Assembly (NCBI RefSeq): GCF_000315625.1 | Contig: NW_005434645.1 | Span: forward strand, 357,925-421,924 | Length of the DNA stretch: 64,000 nt | Direction of reading: 5' to 3' | Origin: Guillardia theta CCMP2712 | Taxonomy: Eukaryota; Protista; Cryptophyta | Shown: piece after piece, positions 49,032 to 58,938 of the stretch | Layout: every line of letters starts with the position of its first letter | How positions within the stretch are numbered: position 1 is the stretch's first letter | Translations under genes and position numbers: made by a program | The notes under the pieces: model-generated | Told to the model about the DNA's origin: nothing | The model's database searches: none | The model's input: only the letters and a program-made list of their open reading frames with translations

Positions 49032-50929
49032 TCACGTTGAGTACCATTGTCGGAGCACCTCGTATAAGACTACAGGGCAAGCGCAAGCCACGTTCATCGA
49101 GTTCTGCCGAGTGAAGGGTCAGTGCGAGGGCACAACTTGCCAGGCCACTGGCGTTGCGCTTCCCAACCTTGAACCCGTACATGGGGATTTCTATGAGTTG
49201 GTTACACTCCTGCAAGACCTGCAGATAGACCAACCAGGGCAGTGAGTTGGTAAACCTGTGAAATCAGTGAGAGACAGACCTCGGGAGAGATCCCCAGCAA
49301 CTCGTTGCCAACGATCAGGGCGCAGGGCTTCGAGAAGTTGACCAGCGTGTAGGCTCGGCTCTGTGAAGTAGTCTCCAGGGCGTACACGGAGTAGTTGCGG
49401 GATAGGAGCTTCCTGACTGCATTGAGAGTGCTGTCCTCGTGCTCTACCTCCACGTAATCTGCCGATCTCAGGGCAGTCTTGAGGACCTTACCATTCGGAG
49501 GGTGCGGGGTGATCCCGCAGGCAACGACCTGAGCCCACAGTCAGCCCGAAGGACAAGTTGGTCACGGGCTGCAACCTTTTCCACCCCTGCCGTCTCTGCC
49601 GTTCTTATGATGCTTCCAACGTTGTGTGCCGATCGGAGGTTGTCTAGGACGAGCACGACGGGGTGAATGACTGTGCATGAGTTCACCTTCTCTGCCTTCG
49701 CCTCATCCCCCGTGCGCAGGAACTCGGCCAGACGAGCTGGACGCGTCAGGATCAGGATCTCTAGACGAGGTCCACAAGAGATACTCATCGTTGCATGCCA
49801 CCAGCGGGAAAGTGGGAGGGGAGAGGAGGAGAAAGGAAAGTGGAGGCAGGGAGGGGAGGGAGGGGAGGGAGGGGAGGGAGGACCCTTATAGGGTAGATCG
49901 AGGAGTGGAGAGGTGAAGGAGGAGGGCAATCGTTTGTACAAGCTGACGGACTGACCTCGGTGCCCTCGATCCAAGAACAGAATCTGTGAAGCATATCGTT
50001 TGACAGCCTCGAGAAAAGATGTCATTCAACAGCATCCATCAAGATGCACTTGGTTACATTCTCGAAGGGTTCAAGGGGCGAGTGAGTTTGGATCCCTTCC
50101 CGTGGGTTGACGAATGACCAGTAGGCCTGGAAAGCTTTCAGAGTGATCCTTGCTCATGAGCCATGGCTGCCTTGCGAGCGGGAGAACCGTCAAAGGTCTT
50201 GGAGAAGAGTAGCTCGGAAATATTCACCCCCAAGTCCTGATCCCTTCAGTGTTAACTGGGATTGAGCAAGAGTTGATCAGGAAAGTCCAGAAAGACCTTC
50301 AGTTTCTCGTCTAGAGCGACCTGGCGCCGGGAGCTCTCGTTGCTCGGGACTCGCGGGTTTCCTATCTTCAATCAAGGATGTCACATGGCTGCGGCAGCAG
50401 CATCAATCCCACAGTGTGCATGGCCCGTCGTGAAGGCAGGGTGCAGTTCAACTCGAACCCGATGTCTACCCAAGAAGAGTCTGCAACAGAGAAGCAGGGC
50501 AGCCATCTCAGGACCACTTTGCTCACCGCCGCTGACAAGGATCTCAGCAGGAGCCGTGCACGTTCCCAGCTCCCATGGCTCTGAGCTGCCCCCCGGCCCT
50601 CGTAGACTTGTTGGCCCAGGTGGAGCGAGACTACAAGTTTCACGTCTCCTTGTTTGGGCTCGGCAGGAGGACACAGGTGACCTCTGAACGTGACATCCAA
50701 CGTGCTCCCTTGCTCTAGGGAGCCGTTATCAAGTAGCAGTGAGAGGGGTTGGGCGAGGTCTTTGGGTATTGTAGTTCGCATCCTCAGAGGTTGCCTGTAC
50801 CTTGTCACTGTATCAATCAGCATGCAGCATGCGGCACCTCGACTCAACATTCAGCGTGCAGCAATCTGGTGACATGGCCATGCAGAACAGGATAATGACG
50901 TACTTCGACCAATTGCTGGGCTGAGCCAT
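49032..50929 (-). CDS. SpoU/TrmH-family (SPOUT) RNA 2'-O-methyltransferase with an N-terminal signal peptide and extension
   Basis: VVLVLDNLRSAHNVGSIIRTAE, ALIVGNELLGISPE, IEIPMYGFK and NVACALALVVLYEVLRQW. The leader is MAQPSNWSKYVIILFCMAMSPDCCT. Joining of the 5' exons is less certain. Confidence 0.85.
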
Positions 50930-51145
50930 CTCCCGATGGAACTTCAAGGAATGATCAAACTATCGTCATCCATGTCGCACATTGACGAATAAGGTGACGA
51001 AGAGGTAAGATGGTTGACATCCATGCAGATGGGCGTGTGTATGTATCTACCCGCATGTCTCATCAGTCAAGTCATGAGCAATGATGCTCGCAGCGTTCAA
51101 GTCACGGCGGGCAGCTCGAACTAAGGTCTCTCCGACCTCCCCTCC

Positions 51146-51350
51146 CTTCCTCCCTCCCTCCCTTTCACTTGCACTCTCCTGTCCTCCTGCTCCCCCTCTC
51201 CTGCCATCGTCTTCCTCCCTCCCTCCCTTTCACTTGCACTCTCCTGTCCTCCTGCTCCCCCTCTCCTGCCATCGTCTTCCTCCCTCCCTCCCTTTCACTT
51301 GCACTCTCCTGTCCTCCTGCTCCCCCTCTCCTGCCATCGTCTTCCTCCCT
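51146..51350. repeat. 65-bp pyrimidine-rich tandem repeat (3 copies)
   Basis: tttcacttgcactctcctgtcc starts at 51163, 51228 and 51293. Confidence 0.95.
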
Positions 51351-51773
51351 CTCCTCCCTGCCCGTTGCCTTACAAGCATCCGCATGGACTGCTCGCACTC
51401 CTGACTAGTCGCATCCATATTTCCAGCATGCAAAACGGGTAGCACCAGGACATACAGATAGCATACATCCAGGTAGGGTATCAACATCTTTGCTACCGGT
51501 AGTTTTTCTGGGAGAAATGTGGGTATAAGGACACAAACAGGTACCCTGGGTAGGTACATCTACCTAGTTACCTATTTTTCGGTCATTTGAGGGGGTGGTA
51601 TTAACTACCCTACCCTCGAGAATCTTCATCTACTCCGAATTGTTTGGAGTACCCCCTCTTCCGAGCATGCTAGTAGGGGTATTCAAAACACATCATCTAC
51701 CAGGACCGGTTCAGATAGACCTCTGCCATGCGCGCGCCCCCTGCCCCTAAGTACTAGGCAAACCTTCCTCCTC

Positions 51774-51944
51774 TCCCTCCGCTCCCTCCGCTCCCTCCGC
51801 TCCCTCCGCTCCCTCCGCTCCCTCCGCTCCCTCCGCTCCCTCCGCTCCCTCCGCTCCCTCTCCTCCTGCTCTCCTCACCTCTCCCTTCTCATTCCCTCCT
51901 CCCTCTCCTCCTGCTCTCCTCACCTCTCCCTTCTCATTCCCTCC
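51774..51944. repeat. (GCTCCCTCC)n followed by a 45-bp duplication
   Basis: 9-bp tandem run, then ccctctcctcctgctctcctcacctctcccttctcattccctcct twice. Confidence 0.9.
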
Positions 51945-52114
51945 TGTACCTAGCTCTCGCACTCACTTCCTCCATCATCAACCTGTGTCACTTCCTTCAG
52001 TTGTTCAAAACATTTTGACAACTCTTGGCCAACTCTCCCTAACTCCTCGTTCTCGCTGTTGTCCTGCCTTCCGGCCTATCAACAGGCATCACCAGTTTCC
52101 ATATTGATTGTGGA

Positions 52115-53644
52115 ATGTCTGAACTGCAACATGAACCACACAATGATAGGGAAGAATTGTGGACACATACAGATCCGCCAGAGCTAGAGCAGGAGGAGCC
52201 GGTGGCAAAGAAGTTGAGGTTGAGTGAGGATTCAAGAGATGATGCAGAGGGCTCGAAGGAGGCGAAGGAGGAGGAAGAAGACATTTTTAGCGCGAGTGGG
52301 TCAGAAGACTCCATTGACCTAGAGAACTGTCAAAGTTTGGGTGAACTGAAGGCGCTTTGCATGCAAAAGTTTCAAACTTCGCAGCAGTTACTGGATTACA
52401 TCCACAGGAAAGGAGGCAAGCACCTGTTACAGATGCTCCCGTTCCTCATGAGCAGACCTCGCCTGAAGCTTCCAGGCATCAATACGCTAGATGATGTCTG
52501 CCGCCTGTTCAAGAGCAGCAACAACATTCTTGTCTTGACTGGTGCAGGAGTCAGCGTCAGCGCAGGCATTCCTGACTTCCGCAGCTCGACCGGCATTTAT
52601 GCTCGCCTCCACAGAGAGTTCGGTATGCCGCGGCCTTCGTGCATGTTCGATCGGAACTACTTTGATGCCAACCCGAAGCCGTTCTTCAACTTCGCGCATG
52701 AGCTCTGGCCCGGCAACTTCCAGCCGACGCCGTGCCATCATTTCATTGCGATGCTGGAGCAGAAGCACAAGTTGCTTCGAAACTACTCGCAGAATATCGA
52801 CACGTTGGAGCAGAAAGCGAACATCAGGAGAGTGATCAACTGCCATGGCTCCTTTGCAACTGCCACGTGCGTGTCTTGCGGCCACCGGGTGGAGGGCAAG
52901 GACATTGAGCTCGATATTCTCAGAAAGCGCGTGGCAAAGTGCCCGGTGTGTTATGGGGACGACCAGAAGTCTGACTTGGGGGCGAGCGAAGCTGGAACCG
53001 AGCTTGATGCCAAGCTGAGCGAAGAATCGTGCGCTAGCGCCGCTTCCATGTCGCCTTCCTTCGGTGTGTTGAAGCCGGACATCGTCTTCTTCGGGGAGGC
53101 GCTTCCTAACCACTTCTTCTCGAGCCTGAGGGAGGACCTGAGGCTGGTGGACCTCGTCGTGGTGATCGGCACCTCGCTGCGCGTCGCTCCTGTCTCGGAG
53201 ATCTTAGGAGAGGTGGAGGCGTCGGTCCCTGCTATCTTGATCAATCGTGAGGTTGTTGGAGCCCCGAACCAGTTCGACGTCGAGCTGCTGGGGGACTGCG
53301 ATGCCGTAGTTGGAGAGCTTTGCTGCATGTTGGGATGGGACGATGGCAAGGTTCCTGTGTCAAGCTCGACGTTGAAGTCTGCAGAGGATGTGACAGAGGG
53401 AAAGACTGGAGAGTATGGAGAAAGACTGATCAGCAGGGCGGTCGAGGAGGGGCATGTAGTGTTCCAGCAGCCGTCGACGTATTTCTTTAAGGGGTTCTCG
53501 ACGGATGCTGGAGGTCAAGTGGAGGAGGACGATGGGAGTGAGTTCGACCCAGGAAGCGACAGCGACGACAGTGTGTCTTACCCCGAGAGGGCCTCCAGCC
53601 ACTCGACTGTCGCCAAGTCCTCGACAGATGCAGGGAGAATGTAG
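52115..53644 (+). CDS. SIR2: Class I sirtuin (SIR2/SIRT1-like NAD-dependent deacetylase); intronless
   Basis: GAGVSVSAGIPDFRS, LRNYSQNIDTLE, CHGSFATATCVSC...CPVC zinc site, KPDIVFFGEALP, GTSLRVAPVS, ILINRE and LLGDCD. Confidence 0.95.
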   Translation: MSELQHEPHNDREELWTHTDPPELEQEEPVAKKLRLSEDSRDDAEGSKEAKEEEEDIFSASGSEDSIDLENCQSLGELKALCMQKFQTSQQLLDYIHRKGGKHLLQMLPFLMSRPRLKLPGINTLDDVCRLFKSSNNILVLTGAGVSVSAGIPDFRSSTGIYARLHREFGMPRPSCMFDRNYFDANPKPFFNFAHELWPGNFQPTPCHHFIAMLEQKHKLLRNYSQNIDTLEQKANIRRVINCHGSFATATCVSCGHRVEGKDIELDILRKRVAKCPVCYGDDQKSDLGASEAGTELDAKLSEESCASAASMSPSFGVLKPDIVFFGEALPNHFFSSLREDLRLVDLVVVIGTSLRVAPVSEILGEVEASVPAILINREVVGAPNQFDVELLGDCDAVVGELCCMLGWDDGKVPVSSSTLKSAEDVTEGKTGEYGERLISRAVEEGHVVFQQPSTYFFKGFSTDAGGQVEEDDGSEFDPGSDSDDSVSYPERASSHSTVAKSSTDAGRM

Positions 53645-53877
53645 ATTATCGCCATGGCCATTGTGAGATTGTTCAACTGAATTAGATGATTCTGATGAAA
53701 TGAAGGAAATGGAAGCAAACTTGGTTTGATTTCAACCTTACAACAGACATTATGAACATCTACACTTCCACCCCCTCCCCGGACCCTGACCTACCCCTCC
53801 TCTTCCTCCTCCTCCTCCTCCACCTCCTCCTCCTCACACTTGTCTCCTCTCTAGGGGAAACATCCTCCAAGGAATCG

Positions 53878-56800
53878 TCAGTTCAGGATTTTCATCCGCA
53901 GAAGTTCGCGGGTCTCGGCAGCCAGGCAGATTTTTTCTCCCGAGCAGGCAATGGCGGCGATCGAGTTGGGCGCCTTGAAGAAGGCGCAAGGGACCATGGC
54001 AGCGCTGGCATCGGTTGGGACGTGATACACCAGCAGCGAGCCCAGCTGGCTGGCGAGCACGAACTTGTCCGTCGAGATGACGTGCTGTGCTTTGGAGTCC
54101 CAGCGGAGGAGGCAGGAGGAAGAAGCTACATCCCACATCATCAGCATCCCGTCTTGACTGCAGCTAAGCAGCGTCCCCGGTCGGGGGAACCGCAAGTGGT
54201 CCACCGAGCTCTCGTGCCCCACCAGGTCAGATCCTGCTGGCGATCCCTCCAGGAAGTGCCAGAGCTTTATCCGCCCGTCCTGCCCTCCGCTCGCCAGCAC
54301 GTTCGGGCTCGACGGGCTGCAGGCCAGGGAGGCGACTCCGCTGTCATGCCCCCTGAGCGTCCTCCTCAGCTCCCCCCTGCTGATGTCCCACACCCTCACC
54401 GTGCTGTCGGCGCTGCCGCTTGCCAGCACCCCAGGGTCGCTGGGGTGGAAGAGGACGCAGCAGACGGCTCCCTGGTGCCCCTGCAAGGGAGGGAGCAGCA
54501 TGGCTCGCTTGTCGAGGTCCCAGAGTCGAACCGTCATGTCTGAGCTACAGCTGGCCAGCATGCTGGGCTTGTGAGGGCTGAAGCTCACGTCCAGGACATA
54601 GTCAGCGTGTCCTCCCAGCCCGGCGCTGCTGGGCTCGCCGGTTTCAAAGTTCCAGACTTGGATGGTAGTGTCGGAGCTGCACGTCGCCAACCTCCTGGGC
54701 TCCTCGTGACTGAAGGCAATCTTGAAAATTTTTCCTGTGTGCGCCTCCTCATCCTCCTCCTGCGGCTGATCCCGTTCCACCACCCAGATCTTGACGGCAT
54801 GATCGCTCGACCCGGACACAAGTATCCTGCCGTCCCCGTTGAAGCAGAGCGAGTTGATCCTCTTCTCGTGCCCCCGGAACACAGCATGCACAGCCCCGTC
54901 TCGCCTTCTCCACAGCCGAATCGTCTTGTCCTCGCTGCCACTCGCAAGAAACTCTCCGTCCCTGGTCCACGCAACCGCGTGGATCTCCCGTGCATGCCCT
55001 TTCAGCACGAGCCGATCCTCGCCAGTCTGAATCTCCCACACCCGCACTGTCCTGTCCTCACCAGCGCTTGCCAGCTCGTCCGAGGACGAGGGGTTGAAGC
55101 TTACAGCGCGCACCCAGTCAGCATGCTTGGTGTAGGCGAGGAGCTCGCGGTTGGTGGTCAGGCTCCAGATCCTCACGGTCTCGTCGTAGCTGGAGGATGC
55201 GACCAGCTGCTCGTCGTTGGGATGAAACTGCAGGCAGGTGATGCCCCCCTCGTGCCCCCGCAGCGACGCTTTCAGCTCCCCCGTCCTAGCATAGCACACA
55301 AAGATGGACTCCTCGCTCCCTCCCAGCTCTCCTCCAGCTACAGCGATGTAGGAGGCTTGCGGGGAGAAGGTGACTGTGTTGAGGATGGTGGCGAAGGAGC
55401 GAGGAGCTGCGAACTCTTCCCAGGTCTTCACGTTCCACATGCACATCCTCTGATCCCACCCAACACTAGCAAGCATGTCGCTGCTGGGGCTGTAGCAGAC
55501 GGACGAGACCTGCTCAAAGTGGCCTCGGAGGACGGAGCGGACCTCGCCTGTCTTCGTGCTGCAGACAACGACGGTGCCGTCGGCACTGGAGCAGGCGATC
55601 TGCTTGCCCGAGGGGGAGATGGCGACGGACACGACGGAGCTCTGGTGCTCTTGTATGGTGAGGACGCAGGGATGGGAGACCAGAGGCTTGTTCAGCCAGT
55701 CGATGAGCATCGAGTCGAAGTTGCTGCGGAACAGCTCGCTGTTGCGGAAAGCGCGGAGGACGGAAGACCGGTCCGGCTCCTGGAAAGCAAGCTGAAAGGA
55801 GGGGTTCGGGCACAGGGGAGCCCTCCAGAGCTCGAGGTTCCTGCCTATGAAGCCCTTCACCTCGTGCAGCGCGACCACCGAGTCCGGGAAGACCTTGAGA
55901 GCAAGCGAGCACTCTCGCAGGAGCTCCACAATCCCCTCCTCGAGCTTCGCCGTCAGGTACTCCAGTGAGCAAAGCTCGGCGACCCCGCGCTGCTCGTCTC
56001 GACACGCGATGAGGTGAGGGACGAGGACGTGGAGCCTGCGGCGGTTCAGCACTCTCTCCGATGCAGGAGCAGCGATGCTCCCGTGCAAGACGATGGGCTG
56101 AGCAGGGACCAGCCGGTCACCTGCCTGCTCGTTCCTCTGCTGGAGCAGCTCACGCAGCTTACCCGTGTAAGGTTTCATCCTCCTGCTCCATGTGCCATCG
56201 AAGAAATCTGCTAGCTCGCTGTGCCGTTGGATCCTCTCCTTGTAGCCCATCGCGCTGCCGAAGAGCCAGCTCTCAATCGCCTCCTCTACCTTGCTATGCC
56301 TCCAGCACAAGCTCGCGTCCCTCCTCCCATCCGAGTAGCGGTAGAGGAGAGGACGAGCGTCATGCAGGAGTGACTTGACAAGGAAAGGGGGGAGGATGCG
56401 CATGGAAGGGACGGACCAGAAGTACGCCTCAGCCAGCACGTCGTCCTGGAGGCAGAGCAGATGGAACAGTTCTTGCTCGTGGAGGAAGTGAGCGCTGGAG
56501 AGGGTGAAGTAGCAGAAGGTTGCCCTGACTAGCTCGACCCCATGCTTCGCCTGGAGAGCATCGACTTGGTCGATGATGAGACCGTTGAGCGAGGGGTTGA
56601 TAGAGGAGAGGACACCCACGGAGGAAGGCCACTCCTGGACCAGCGAGGCCACGAGCGAGAGCCAGAGGGTCGAGCACGCTTCCTCCCTGCGAGCCACCGC
56701 CTGAGAGATCTCTGACCACTGGTCGTTGGTGATCCTCCTCCTGCTCTTCAACAGTAGCTGATTCACAAAAGCCTTCACATCCTTCACGCACATCAGCGTC

Positions 56801-58938
56801 AGGTCCTTCGGCCTTCCCGCATGATTCATCTGCTCCTGCCCCTGGCCATCGCCGTCGGCGAGCGTGAGGACGATGCGGACATGGGGAGGGAGTGCAGCGG
56901 TCGGGAGCCAGTCGAGGTAGGACTTGGAGTAGCTCTCCTCCAGTTCGTCCACCCCGTCGATGAACAAGATGAGCGGGAGATGCGAGCTGGGCCACTCGCT
57001 CACTGCTCGACGGAAGTAGGAGACAATGTCGCGCAGGGGCAGCACAGAGATGTCCCCGTCCTCCTCCTCCTTCCCGTACGCCCTCCGTAGCTGTTCACAG
57101 ATGCTCCGCAACAGCCCGACCCTCGTCTTCGAACGCTTTGACGCCCCAACGATGCGGACGAGAACACAACCCTTCTCCTGCTCCCACATCACATCCTTCA
57201 CCAGCTTGCACATTAAGCTTGTCTTGCCGGACCCCGCGCGGCCAAGGACGTGCATGCTGCTGCGAGACTCGTCACGGAGGTAGAGGCGGACGTTTTCCAT
57301 CACCGCCTCTGCCTCTTGGGAAGAGCAGAACTTTTCCGCCTCCTTCATGGCAAACTCCACGTGGCTTTTCACCTCCACCTCCACATCGTCGCAGTTCGCA
57401 GCTCTCATCTTAGCGCTCTCTTGCACAGCAATGCTCACATGCCGACACAGGTCGTCACACATCCTCGCTAGGTAACTCGCGTGCTCCTCATTGTGCTGAG
57501 GGTTCAGGCCGCAAGTCTTGTCGAAGGTTTGCACAAGGTAGTCAAACTTGATTGCAGTGGGGGGCAGAGAGTTCAAAAAGTTTCTGAGAAGCTCCTGAGC
57601 TTCTTCGTCCACCACCCCTCCCTCCTTCACGTCGACAAACTTCTCGTATGCAGGATCAGAGACCTTTGCTGCCTCCAGCCCCAGCAGGTTGCGATGGAAG
57701 ACCAGCTGTGAAAATTTTCCGCTGAAAGAGGATTGCAGAGCACGCGACTGGGCGAACTCACGTTCCACCATCCCAATCATCATCGACTTGAGCTCGTCGT
57801 CTTGAAGATCTTCTCCGTTCTTGGCAACTTCCATCTTCCATAACTTGTTCGCTGCCTGCATGAGAGCCGTTCTGATCTTGTCGTACTTCTTCCTCCAATC
57901 TTCATCCAGCTTTGTCATCTGCAGGACATACTCTTGCCCCTCCGTTGCTTTCTCATCCGCTCCTACCCCCTGCGAGCTCAGCTGATTTGCGTCCAGCGAG
58001 AAGAATTCTTTGACAAGCTTCCTATCACCCGAGTCGTCCACAAGCTTGACCAGCTCCTCAAACCTTTGCTTTCCTATCCTTGCAGGGAACGACACTAGAC
58101 CGTACTTGCGTCCCACGAAGAAGAGGTGAAACAGATGAGAAACGTTGGCGTGAGAAGACTTTACCTCACCCATCACCATCTCCTCATACGTGTGTATGTT
58201 TCTGAAGTCGATGTCCATCCCTAGGCGCAGGTCCAACACAACCAGCCCAACATCGTTAATGACACAGAGCTCTTGCCAGAACGGCACGACGTCCTTCATC
58301 ACTATCTCCCTCTCCCACTCGCAGTCCTCGGTCGCTGAGATCAGAACTTTGACAATGAGTCTCCGGTTGTAAGCAGCTACATCCCCCTGGAAGTCCTTCA
58401 GGCAGCCTCGGAGGAGTAAGTTCAAGTTCCTGTCCTCCTGCTCCTTCACATCGTCTGGGGTCACAACAAGCAACATCGACCCCCACTCGGTTCTGCTGCT
58501 CCGAGGAACTTCAAACCCCCTGATGCCGTCAAGACGTGTACCAGATGTTTCCTTCGTCGCCTTGTCTACCATCTCAAGGATTTTCTCTCGCTCAGCTGCG
58601 ATCTGGCTTCCGAAACCAAGATCGCGTTCATCAAACATGGACAACGAGCGATATCTAGAGTACTGTTTCCTTTTCTCCTCCCCCGTCTTCTTCTTTCCCT
58701 TGCCGAACAGAAGGCTTGACCCAGACCCTCCCCCGACAAGCTTACAGGATGCAAACAGAGTCGAGCTCTCTCGGAGACCGGCTTCCTGCAAGCTTAAATT
58801 GTCCTCGAGCTCGTGCCCAGCGTAAGTGAGTCTTAGTCTGACGCTTGGGCATATCCTCTTCCTCAGATCGCTGACTGACTCATGAGCATCTGCGTGAGCT
58901 ACACATGTTCCTCCTGCTCCAACCACAAACAGTTGCAT
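53878..58938 (-). CDS. Ubiquitin-like, DUF4062-like, NACHT NTPase and WD40-repeat protein (NWD1/TEP1-like STAND); intronless
   Basis: First ATG at 58938 opens MQLFVV...KLVGG (ubiquitin-like). VKVLISATEDCEWERE...VVLDLRLGM is NWD1/DUF4062-like. Walker A GRAGSGKT and Walker B LILFIDGVDEL are present, followed by about 12-13 GH...WD repeats. Confidence 0.92.
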   Translation of the reverse strand: MQLFVVGAGGTCVAHADAHESVSDLRKRICPSVRLRLTYAGHELEDNLSLQEAGLRESSTLFASCKLVGGGSGSSLLFGKGKKKTGEEKRKQYSRYRSLSMFDERDLGFGSQIAAEREKILEMVDKATKETSGTRLDGIRGFEVPRSSRTEWGSMLLVVTPDDVKEQEDRNLNLLLRGCLKDFQGDVAAYNRRLIVKVLISATEDCEWEREIVMKDVVPFWQELCVINDVGLVVLDLRLGMDIDFRNIHTYEEMVMGEVKSSHANVSHLFHLFFVGRKYGLVSFPARIGKQRFEELVKLVDDSGDRKLVKEFFSLDANQLSSQGVGADEKATEGQEYVLQMTKLDEDWRKKYDKIRTALMQAANKLWKMEVAKNGEDLQDDELKSMMIGMVEREFAQSRALQSSFSGKFSQLVFHRNLLGLEAAKVSDPAYEKFVDVKEGGVVDEEAQELLRNFLNSLPPTAIKFDYLVQTFDKTCGLNPQHNEEHASYLARMCDDLCRHVSIAVQESAKMRAANCDDVEVEVKSHVEFAMKEAEKFCSSQEAEAVMENVRLYLRDESRSSMHVLGRAGSGKTSLMCKLVKDVMWEQEKGCVLVRIVGASKRSKTRVGLLRSICEQLRRAYGKEEEDGDISVLPLRDIVSYFRRAVSEWPSSHLPLILFIDGVDELEESYSKSYLDWLPTAALPPHVRIVLTLADGDGQGQEQMNHAGRPKDLTLMCVKDVKAFVNQLLLKSRRRITNDQWSEISQAVARREEACSTLWLSLVASLVQEWPSSVGVLSSINPSLNGLIIDQVDALQAKHGVELVRATFCYFTLSSAHFLHEQELFHLLCLQDDVLAEAYFWSVPSMRILPPFLVKSLLHDARPLLYRYSDGRRDASLCWRHSKVEEAIESWLFGSAMGYKERIQRHSELADFFDGTWSRRMKPYTGKLRELLQQRNEQAGDRLVPAQPIVLHGSIAAPASERVLNRRRLHVLVPHLIACRDEQRGVAELCSLEYLTAKLEEGIVELLRECSLALKVFPDSVVALHEVKGFIGRNLELWRAPLCPNPSFQLAFQEPDRSSVLRAFRNSELFRSNFDSMLIDWLNKPLVSHPCVLTIQEHQSSVVSVAISPSGKQIACSSADGTVVVCSTKTGEVRSVLRGHFEQVSSVCYSPSSDMLASVGWDQRMCMWNVKTWEEFAAPRSFATILNTVTFSPQASYIAVAGGELGGSEESIFVCYARTGELKASLRGHEGGITCLQFHPNDEQLVASSSYDETVRIWSLTTNRELLAYTKHADWVRAVSFNPSSSDELASAGEDRTVRVWEIQTGEDRLVLKGHAREIHAVAWTRDGEFLASGSEDKTIRLWRRRDGAVHAVFRGHEKRINSLCFNGDGRILVSGSSDHAVKIWVVERDQPQEEDEEAHTGKIFKIAFSHEEPRRLATCSSDTTIQVWNFETGEPSSAGLGGHADYVLDVSFSPHKPSMLASCSSDMTVRLWDLDKRAMLLPPLQGHQGAVCCVLFHPSDPGVLASGSADSTVRVWDISRGELRRTLRGHDSGVASLACSPSSPNVLASGGQDGRIKLWHFLEGSPAGSDLVGHESSVDHLRFPRPGTLLSCSQDGMLMMWDVASSSCLLRWDSKAQHVISTDKFVLASQLGSLLVYHVPTDASAAMVPCAFFKAPNSIAAIACSGEKICLAAETRELLRMKILN

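Noticed and set aside
52115-53644. Prokaryotic-type defence SIR2 NADase or horizontal transfer
   Set aside because: The motifs and zinc-binding insert are those of a eukaryotic class I sirtuin.
54571-55968. 465-aa plus-strand ORF
   Set aside because: Antisense shadow of the GC-rich WD40 coding region.
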